This document shows positions 30,640 to 37,600 of a stretch of 64,000 nt of DNA, in pieces. The stretch is taken from positions 25,685 to 89,684 of the IMG/VR virus record IMGVR_UViG_3300013414_000053; one strand, 5' to 3'. Positions within the stretch are counted from its first letter, which is position 1. Each line of letters starts with the position of its first letter. A program made the translations under genes and the position numbers. The DNA is from a virus (lineage: Duplodnaviria > Caudoviricetes). Below the pieces are notes generated by a model. It was not told the origin of the DNA and searched no databases. It saw only the letters and a program-made list of their open reading frames with translations.

Positions 30640-31023
30640 ATGGCTTTATCTAACGAATTGCCGGTTTATGTTGAAACCTATCATTATATTCAAGCAGTGA
30701 TTGACACTCAAAAGAATTTTCCAAGGGATGTAAAACACACCGTTGGTCAAGAATGGATTAGAGTTGCTATCTCATTGCCTACTTTTATAGTTAAGGCAAA
30801 TATGTTCAAAAGTGAACGAGAAGCATACTTGACTGATTTCATTTGTGAGTTTGAACACTGCAAACTGATAGTAAGACTTGCTGGCGATAATCGTTGGATA
30901 AGCCGGAAGCAGCAATCCAACCTCATGTATTTGGAGGCGACTATTGGCAAACAAGTGACAGCATGGAAGAACGCATCGAAAAAGAGGTATCGAAAACGTA
31001 CATCTCCTGAAGATGCTGATTAA
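30640..31023 (+). CDS. avd: DGR accessory variability determinant (four-helix bundle)
   Basis: ELPVYVETY...NFPRDVKHTVG...IGKQVTAWK; located between VR and TR. Confidence 0.9.
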   Translation: MALSNELPVYVETYHYIQAVIDTQKNFPRDVKHTVGQEWIRVAISLPTFIVKANMFKSEREAYLTDFICEFEHCKLIVRLAGDNRWISRKQQSNLMYLEATIGKQVTAWKNASKKRYRKRTSPEDAD

Positions 31024-31139
31024 TCGGTGCAACGCACAGAGTATGGAAGGCTAAGGCTGCCCATAGAGTATGCGCTTCCGTGAGAAATGGGGGTATTACT
31101 GCCTAAATGTAGTTAAGGATAAGAAAACATACCCGATAC

Positions 31140-31252
31140 ACTGAGAACTCGGCGACGAACGCTTGGAACTTGAACCTGAACGACGGCAACCTCAACAACT
31201 GGAACACTAAGGTCACGAACAGCAACTACGTCCGTGCCGTGGCAGCATTTCA
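31140..31252 (+). ncRNA. DGR template repeat (TR)
   Basis: 113 bp rich in AAC codons, between avd and RT, matching VR. Confidence 0.97.
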
Positions 31253-31318
31253 ACGAATCGCATTTTTGCAAAATAGATAAGACTAATTATAAATGGCATT
31301 ATCACTTTTAGTGCTGAT

Positions 31319-32638
31319 ATGGTAACGTATGAAGGATTGGTAGAAGCCTACTTAGATTGTCGTGTACACAAGTCGCGGACAAACAACTGCATCAGGTTTA
31401 CTCTTGATGTGGAAGGCAATCTCTATGATATGATGCAAGCTATCAATAATAGAACCTATCAACCTAAACGTTCCATTTGCTTTGTCGTTAGTCGCCCCAA
31501 ATACCGTGAGGTCTTTGCAGCTGATTTCGCAGACCGCATTATTCATCATTACATAAGACTTAGACTGGAGCCTATAATTGAACAAAAATTTAATGAACGT
31601 ACCTTTAACTGTAGAAATGGGAAAGGCACACTTGCTGGTGTAGAGCAGTTAAAGAAAGATATTGTGGAGTGCTCCCAGAATTATACACAAGACTGTTATG
31701 TGGCAACCGTAGATATTAACAGTTTCTTTATGTCTATTCCGAAGAAACTGGTAGAAGATATGGTTGTCAAACTTGTAGAGGACAATTATTTTGGTGAAGA
31801 TAAGGATGATTTAATTTATCTATGTCACGTTGTTTTAAGCCATTGCCCAGAAGAGAACTGCATCAGGCAATCTTCAGAGGCTATGTGGAACAACTTACCA
31901 GCAAGCAAATCTCTTTTTACTAATGGCAATGGATTGGGTATGCTCATCGGTAATCTCCCATCCCAGATGTTTGCCAATTATCTTTTGAACTCACTTGATT
32001 GGGCGATTGAAAACGAATATGGGATAAAATATCACGGCAGATATGTTGATGATATATATTTGGTAGCTGAAACTAAAGAGCAAATTCTCAATGCTATCCC
32101 AAAAATCAGACAAAAGTTAGAATCCTTAGGATTGAAATTATCGCCCAAGAAATTCTATATGCAACATTATTCTAAGGGATTAGATTTTACTGGAGCCGTT
32201 GTTAAACCCGGAAGAGTCTATCCACTTAGTCGCACAGTCACTAACTTTAGACACAGCATTGGTAGGCTCAACAAATGTCGCACCAAAGCGCAGGTTATAA
32301 GAGCATTGTCCTCAGTCAATAGTTATCTTGGATTATTAAGACATTATGATAGCTATGCCATTAGATACAATGGATTGATGGAGATTGATGCAAAATTATT
32401 TAAGTGGGTTTACATCAAAGGACACATGGAAGTGGTGAAACTGAAGAAGAAGTATCACCCCAGAACCCGTATCCGTTACCGGCTTAACCATAACTTTCAC
32501 GATAAACTCTCCCTGCCTCATCCCATTGCTGAGTTTGAGGAAAGAGATGATAAAGAAAAATATATGAGGATGTTAGCTGAATATACCCCAGTGAATATCC
32601 CCTCAATCCACATACTTGAAAGTCATTCGGACTATTAA
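31319..32638 (+). CDS. DGR reverse transcriptase
   Basis: DINSFF, IGNLPSQMFAN, YHGRYVDD motifs. Confidence 0.96.
   Translation: MVTYEGLVEAYLDCRVHKSRTNNCIRFTLDVEGNLYDMMQAINNRTYQPKRSICFVVSRPKYREVFAADFADRIIHHYIRLRLEPIIEQKFNERTFNCRNGKGTLAGVEQLKKDIVECSQNYTQDCYVATVDINSFFMSIPKKLVEDMVVKLVEDNYFGEDKDDLIYLCHVVLSHCPEENCIRQSSEAMWNNLPASKSLFTNGNGLGMLIGNLPSQMFANYLLNSLDWAIENEYGIKYHGRYVDDIYLVAETKEQILNAIPKIRQKLESLGLKLSPKKFYMQHYSKGLDFTGAVVKPGRVYPLSRTVTNFRHSIGRLNKCRTKAQVIRALSSVNSYLGLLRHYDSYAIRYNGLMEIDAKLFKWVYIKGHMEVVKLKKKYHPRTRIRYRLNHNFHDKLSLPHPIAEFEERDDKEKYMRMLAEYTPVNIPSIHILESHSDY
32630..32637 (+). promoter_or_regulatory. NACTATTA candidate late promoter element overlapping RT stop
   Basis: GACTATTA upstream of ATG 32680. 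Confidence 0.5.
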
Positions 32639-32679
32639 TAATAAACAACATCAGTTTTAACTTTCAAAAAATCTGAACA

Positions 32680-33090
32680 ATGGACCAGATCAACAGCAAC
32701 AACGAACCTGTAGAACAGCAGGTAGAAGTAATGGCTCCCGAAGAGTCAGTAATGTCGCCTGAAATGCTTGCAGAAATGGAAGCTCAGAAGGATCAGGAAC
32801 TCTATGGTGATAACGTCAAGAAAATCGGCGGTTGCGCTGTAGTGACCGTTGGAGACGAAGTTATCGCTCTCGAACTCCCGATTACCTATCCCCAGCTCCT
32901 TTCGGCTATCATCAAGCGCAAGTACGACTCCGACCAGGCCGAAGCGATCACCGCAAACTTCCTCAACGCCCGCCTTCAGGCCGTTCCTGAGAACAAGGCC
33001 GCTGAGTATGTCGCAGAATATGAGGCATACCAGGCATGGCGCAATACGGCTAAGGCCGTTGCCAAGGAAGTGATGGGGGTTGAAGAGTAA
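32680..33090 (+). CDS. Hypothetical protein (possible fibre assembly chaperone)
   Basis: LLSAIIKRKYDSDQAEAITAN...EYEAYQAWRNTAKAVA typical of small tail-fibre-associated proteins. Confidence 0.6.
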   Translation: MDQINSNNEPVEQQVEVMAPEESVMSPEMLAEMEAQKDQELYGDNVKKIGGCAVVTVGDEVIALELPITYPQLLSAIIKRKYDSDQAEAITANFLNARLQAVPENKAAEYVAEYEAYQAWRNTAKAVAKEVMGVEE

Positions 33091-33105
33091 TTACCCATCA
33101 CAATA

Positions 33106-33146
33106 AGGCCGTCCTTGGATATACTATGTCCTTGGACGGCTTTTTT
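33106..33146 (+). terminator. Intrinsic terminator
   Basis: gccgtcc...ggacggc followed by T6. Confidence 0.65.
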
Positions 33147-33173
33147 ACAAAACCAACCAACATCAAATTCGCA

Positions 33174-33404
33174 ATGAAAAAGGTATTTTCTACCATAAAA
33201 GAACGCTGGAAAGCTCAAATCCCTATCTTCTTCCAGTGGATTATAGGAATTGGTACTGGTGTGGCTGCTGTCGCACTTGCAATTCAGATGGCTCTTACTT
33301 CCGGGGGCGCAACAATCCCGGAATGGTGGGAGTCTCTTTATCCATACCTTATCGGTATCGGTGCCGGCATGACGGCAACTGCTAAGTTCACTCAAAAGCA
33401 CTGA
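33174..33404 (+). CDS. Holin-like two-TM membrane protein
   Basis: Basic N-terminus and two hydrophobic helices. Confidence 0.55.
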   Translation: MKKVFSTIKERWKAQIPIFFQWIIGIGTGVAAVALAIQMALTSGGATIPEWWESLYPYLIGIGAGMTATAKFTQKH

Positions 33405-33409
33405 AGCCA

Positions 33410-33417
33410 GACTATTA
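33410..33417 (+). promoter_or_regulatory. NACTATTA candidate late promoter element (tail X/J/I)
   Basis: GACTATTA 13 nt before ATG 33431. Confidence 0.55.
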
Positions 33418-33430
33418 ATAATAAAAACCA

Positions 33431-34102
33431 ATGGCGCAATATAGAGTCCGAAGCGGACAAAACATATACGATGTAGCATTAACTCTCTATGGCAGTGTAG
33501 AGGGCATTTTTGATTTGCTGGCAAGCAATAGCTGGCTCAATATGGAGACCCAGCTTTCTTATGGTATGATTCTCGATTACCACGAAGAGTTTGCTATCAA
33601 TAAAAACATCGTGATATGGCTAAAGGACAATAATGTGCTGGTAAAAAATGGGGAGCATATCTATAACTATCTCGATATAGAAGAGGTGGTTAAGAATCAT
33701 ATTGCCACCTATCATTCCGCTCAATACAATTCGCTCTCTGAAATGTCATCAGACGAGCAGAATATGTATTGGGAATCACTCTATACTCCCAGAATGGTCA
33801 TACACCATCAGGGTCAGGTATCTGATATGATTGTTCACTTGAAAGCTGACACTCATCTCATCGTGGACTGGGGAGATTACACCGCACCTCAGATTGTTGA
33901 AGGTACCGAAGAACAAGAAGTGGAACACTGTTATAAGGGAGCCGGGAAACACATCATCACTCTCTACGGAGATTTTGAGTGTGCCAAATTAGATTTCCGG
34001 GAATTAAATGGTGTTTATTATCCGCTTGGTGTCATATATGCTGATGAATTTCTCTCAGTATTAGATAATGAGGATTTGAAAAAACTTATAATTACGCAAT
34101 GA
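33431..34102 (+). CDS. Tail X-like (LysM-like) baseplate protein
   Basis: YRVRSGQNIYDVALTLYGSVEGIFDLL. Confidence 0.75.
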   Translation: MAQYRVRSGQNIYDVALTLYGSVEGIFDLLASNSWLNMETQLSYGMILDYHEEFAINKNIVIWLKDNNVLVKNGEHIYNYLDIEEVVKNHIATYHSAQYNSLSEMSSDEQNMYWESLYTPRMVIHHQGQVSDMIVHLKADTHLIVDWGDYTAPQIVEGTEEQEVEHCYKGAGKHIITLYGDFECAKLDFRELNGVYYPLGVIYADEFLSVLDNEDLKKLIITQ

Positions 34103-35040
34103 GAAGTGTAAGTCAAATATATTCCGAAGCTGTCAGCACAAGAAACAACTACTTACAGCTGACAGAACTCAATACAGGCCGTAGCAACAGTAAGCTCAGT
34201 ATGCTCAATCTGCTGACTTATGTTGTAGCGGTCTGCATCCATACCTATGAAGCCGTCCTCGATCTCTTTCAGGTAAGGGTTGCTGAAGTTCTCAATGGTC
34301 GTATCAATGGCACTCCAGATTGGTATGCAATGATGGCAAAAAAGTTTCAGTACAATAGTGTAACTGAAACTGGTGATGAGCTGCGATTCAATGAAGATAC
34401 TATGAAAATTGAATATGCCCAGCCGGACACTTCCCATAGGATCATTGAAAAAGCAGCCTGGCAAACCGATGACAAGTCTCTTACTCTGAAAATTTGTAAA
34501 GCAAACGATAACTCCAATGAGGTTAATAATGGTATTCCTTATATGGCTCTCAATGACTATGAGCTGACCGCTTTCCGTATGTTTATCCAACAAATTAAGT
34601 TTGTTGGTGCCGACATCTATTGTGAGAGTTCTCCCGGAGACATTGTGACGATAGTTGCTGACAAGCACAATCCCATTTTTTACAATGACAGCTATGTTAC
34701 GGCAGCCCAAGCATTGACTGAATTACAGCAGGCTATGATTGACTTTGCCAATGAAATGGAGTTTAATGGCATGTTCTACTATCAGTCTGTCTTAGACGTG
34801 ATTAGAAAAACAGAACATATCACCGACATCAGCAATAACATCAAGATATACATCAGCTCTTACAATACTACCGACCGTAAGTATGACGAGCCGGTGGAAC
34901 TGAGTAATCGGATCAGGTTAAAAAGTGGTTATATCCGCTTGCTTGATACGAACTCAGTAATGACAATCAATAGTGACAACCTCACGCTGGTTCCAGCATC
35001 AAAAATGGACCAGTATTTTGCCGAACTGGAAGAGCAATGA
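34099..35040 (+). CDS. Baseplate J-like protein
   Basis: GTPDWYAMMAKKFQY, KFVGADIYCES; overlapping stop/start with neighbours. Confidence 0.7.
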   Translation: MRSVSQIYSEAVSTRNNYLQLTELNTGRSNSKLSMLNLLTYVVAVCIHTYEAVLDLFQVRVAEVLNGRINGTPDWYAMMAKKFQYNSVTETGDELRFNEDTMKIEYAQPDTSHRIIEKAAWQTDDKSLTLKICKANDNSNEVNNGIPYMALNDYELTAFRMFIQQIKFVGADIYCESSPGDIVTIVADKHNPIFYNDSYVTAAQALTELQQAMIDFANEMEFNGMFYYQSVLDVIRKTEHITDISNNIKIYISSYNTTDRKYDEPVELSNRIRLKSGYIRLLDTNSVMTINSDNLTLVPASKMDQYFAELEEQ

Positions 35041-35681
35041 TAAATATTGATTTTACAAATATCAACAATGCGAAACTGATTGGCAGACTATTGCCTTTCT
35101 GGGCCAGGGGCAAGAAAACATCTTTGCTCCTACAAGCCATTCTTAGCCCAATCGCTTCAGCGCACAGTCGATTTAAGGCTTGGGGATTGGAAAGGTATAT
35201 AGAATGTCATATCACAGCGCAGAAATCTTCCTTGGAGTGGTATTTGAAGTATCGCCTCAAAGCCCATTTCTTGAAAGAAAACGATAATTTCTTTATCACT
35301 CAGGGTATCAATGAATCCGTTTCTTGCTTCAGCAGTAATGTATGGCGAAATGGATTACACTGGGATAATGCTCTCAGATGGAGTGTTGATACAGAGCCTC
35401 TTGTCAATATGAATATGAATCTCACTTGTATCAACACTGGCTTGTGGGAAAACAGGATGCTCTGGAATAATGCTTTGTTATGGGATAATGAGGATAATGG
35501 CAAGAAGTATAATGATGATTATCTGGAGTCTATTGACCAAACCAATGTTTATGCTCCAGCCATTGTTGATACAGTCAATTACAATCACGAAGATTATGAA
35601 CGAGACATCCGCAACATCATGTCGAAGTTTATGATCAACTTCAATAAAATCAACATCATTGTGGCAGACACCGAATATTAA
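35037..35681 (+). CDS. Baseplate wedge (gpI-like) protein with two W-x5-W-x5-W repeats
   Basis: LLQAILSPIASAH...TAQKSSLEWYL; VWRNGLHWDNALRW and LWENRMLWNNALLW. Confidence 0.65.
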   Translation: MINIDFTNINNAKLIGRLLPFWARGKKTSLLLQAILSPIASAHSRFKAWGLERYIECHITAQKSSLEWYLKYRLKAHFLKENDNFFITQGINESVSCFSSNVWRNGLHWDNALRWSVDTEPLVNMNMNLTCINTGLWENRMLWNNALLWDNEDNGKKYNDDYLESIDQTNVYAPAIVDTVNYNHEDYERDIRNIMSKFMINFNKINIIVADTEY

Positions 35682-35700
35682 CTATCAAACTCAATAGATT

Positions 35701-35949
35701 ATGAAAGTTCACAACCTGGGCAGTGACTATGCCTTTCAGAGAAAACAGAAACAAGAAAACCAGCCGGAAGTTAAGTCAACTGAACTGCCGGCGCCCACTG
35801 AAGTAACAACTGAAACCGATGCTGGAGATCAAGTTCCGAGACGGGGAGAAGGAGAGGTTGTGGCAACAGCCGATGAAACCTCAGCCCCGAAGCAAAAAGG
35901 CCGTAAGAAAAAAGAAACGGGGACCGAAAACGAACAGCCACAGGACTAA
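35701..35949 (+). CDS. Small hydrophilic hypothetical protein
   Basis: 82-aa ORF following gpI-like gene. Confidence 0.55.
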   Translation: MKVHNLGSDYAFQRKQKQENQPEVKSTELPAPTEVTTETDAGDQVPRRGEGEVVATADETSAPKQKGRKKKETGTENEQPQD

Positions 35950-36268
35950 AGTCAAATTCAATGAAACGGCTGTAGGGCATTTTCTATTCGTATATGCTCC
36001 TATTCAATATTTACTATTGATGGAGTATCATAGTGTGTTGAGATTAACTCATAGAAATCAAATCATCAGCTATGAGGCGATAGAAACCATTGCTTTGAAT
36101 AGCGATAACCCAGCTTTTCGATCAGCACGCTTCAGAAGAGCCCTTATCTCATATCGCCGTTTTGGAATGAAACCTCTACGTCCTACTGGATGGACTCTAA
36201 AAGATGCCGTTTATTACGCCAGAAATAGCTTCTACATTCACGAAGCTGTAAAGAAATGCACCGAGTAA
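35873..36268 (+). CDS. Hypothetical protein; start uncertain, overlaps upstream gene
   Basis: Protein-like from RTKVKFNETAVGHFL onward; in-frame ATGs at 35819 and 35873. Confidence 0.5.
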   Translation: MKPQPRSKKAVRKKKRGPKTNSHRTKVKFNETAVGHFLFVYAPIQYLLLMEYHSVLRLTHRNQIISYEAIETIALNSDNPAFRSARFRRALISYRRFGMKPLRPTGWTLKDAVYYARNSFYIHEAVKKCTE

Positions 36269-36453
36269 ATTGCCCGGTGCATTTTTATTAGAACTTCTTT
36301 CTGCTTGAAAATATAGGATTGTAAATGATCTATCACATTGTGAAACCGAGCTAAATGTTTGCGCCATTTAGTTACCTTAATGGTCTCTCCACACAATAAA
36401 CACTTGACTAATGGCGCCGGTGGAGTATTACCTTTCTTTTGACTCATCGACAC
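36238..36453 (-). CDS. Small C2H2 zinc-finger-like protein
   Basis: CLLC-x12-H-x4-H (KCLLCGETIKVTKWRKHLARFH); 3' end runs into the terminator. Confidence 0.5.
   Translation of the reverse strand: MSMSQKKGNTPPAPLVKCLLCGETIKVTKWRKHLARFHNVIDHLQSYIFKQKEVLIKMHRAIYSVHFFTAS
36254..36284. terminator. Bidirectional terminator at moron 2 boundary
   Basis: aaatgcaccg...cggtgcattt; same TGCACCG/CGGTGCA stem as 19324-19357. Confidence 0.75.
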
Positions 36454-36468
36454 TAACCCTTAATCAGC

Positions 36469-36822
36469 TTACTGTTTTACTCTTTTGAATACAAAATTAA
36501 TTGTATTGGTGCGAGTGTTATTAACTCCATGCTCAGGAAAAACGGTCTCAGTTGTAGTATATACGCTTACCATTTCCCAACCATCTTTGCCATATAAATT
36601 TAGAGAGTTAGGTATATCTGTTATTTCAGGAAAATGAAGCGATTGAGAATTGCTCAATTCTATCAAAGCCTCCTTATCAGTAGGGCTATATGTTGAGGGT
36701 AATTTAGAGCCTGGGAACGATATGATGGTGTATTCCCATTGTTGTGGCGCAGTATCTTTGTTGCTGCAAGCTCCCAGCACCAAAGCGAGCAAAAGGATAA
36801 TTATCGACTGTTTCATAGCCAT
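36469..36822 (-). CDS. Lipoprotein moron 2, DUF4177-like
   Basis: LVLGAC lipobox; QWEYTII...LNLYGKDGWEMVSV...FVFKR. Confidence 0.8.
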   Translation of the reverse strand: MAMKQSIIILLLALVLGACSNKDTAPQQWEYTIISFPGSKLPSTYSPTDKEALIELSNSQSLHFPEITDIPNSLNLYGKDGWEMVSVYTTTETVFPEHGVNNTRTNTINFVFKRVKQ

Positions 36823-36982
36823 TTTGGTTTATAGTTAATATTCTCTCAAAAATGGCAATGACATACAAAAAGCGTAGAGCCATTGCCCTCGCGTCGTGGT
36901 TCACCACAAACCATATCTCACAAGGCAGCTCTACGCTTATGCGCAGACCCGCCTAATGTGAGATAATGCCTTCTTCTTTTTC

Positions 36983-37005
36983 GAGGTGGTGATTTCGACG
37001 CGAAT
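36983..37005 (-). repeat. 23-bp leader element shared with 19979-20001
   Basis: gaggtggtgatttcgacgcgaat. Confidence 0.85.
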
Positions 37006-37047
37006 TAGGCTATGTCACATCCAATACTCAATGTACGGATGCACCTG

Positions 37048-37079
37048 CAAAATTACTAAAAAACTCGTATCGAGCCAAA
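37048..37079 (-). promoter_or_regulatory. Bacteroidota housekeeping promoter for moron 2
   Basis: Minus strand TTTG (37079-37076), 20-nt spacer, TAATTTTG (37055-37048). Confidence 0.75.
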
Positions 37080-37083
37080 TAAA

Positions 37084-37123
37084 AAATCACAACCGCCAGA
37101 GTATCACTGACAAGTTGTGATTT
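37084..37123 (-). terminator. Terminator of RNR operon
   Basis: aaatcacaac...gttgtgattt with A run on plus strand. Confidence 0.6.
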
Positions 37124-37139
37124 CATTTTGTTAGGTAAG

Positions 37140-37598
37140 TTACCATAAAAGCCGGGTTATATTCCTTAATACCCCTCCTTCTACTTTATAAAGCCGTTGA
37201 TTTGTCTTGGGAGAACTGAGTGGTCCTAACTTTTTGATGAATGGTCCAAATTTCAAATAATCGAAATTTTGATACTCAGTGAAAACCGTGATTGTTTCGC
37301 CACCACTATACCAGCCAATCTTCAAGTCTGGATAATGGTTTCTAATGTAAGCTGCCAATTCGTTGATCTCATCAGGAGCAACATCTCCACCCATAAATAA
37401 GACACAAGTTATATCTTGAATTGTGGAATCTATCAGCATTTCAAGATTCTCATAACTCAATAGCTCACCAGAATCCTCCCATAAGTATTTAGTATTGCAT
37501 CCTTTGCATTTGAATGGGCAGTTGGCAATATTGATTACAAGAGACACCTCATTAGGTATCTCCTGTTATCCTATTGCTATGTCACGATACTTCAGCAT
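37140..37598 (-). pseudogene. nrdG: NrdG-like radical SAM activase interrupted by in-frame TAA at codon 11
   Basis: ATG 37598 gives MLKYRDIAIG*QEIPNEVSLVINIANCPFKCKGC; TAA at 37568-37566; CxxxCxxC intact. Confidence 0.75.
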
Positions 37599-37600
37599 CA

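Larger units (their letters stand above)
29555..32638 (+). mobile_element. Diversity-generating retroelement (target-VR, hairpins, avd, TR, RT)
   Basis: TR/VR pair differing only at TR adenines apart from one 6-nt gap; Avd-like and RT genes adjacent. Confidence 0.97.
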
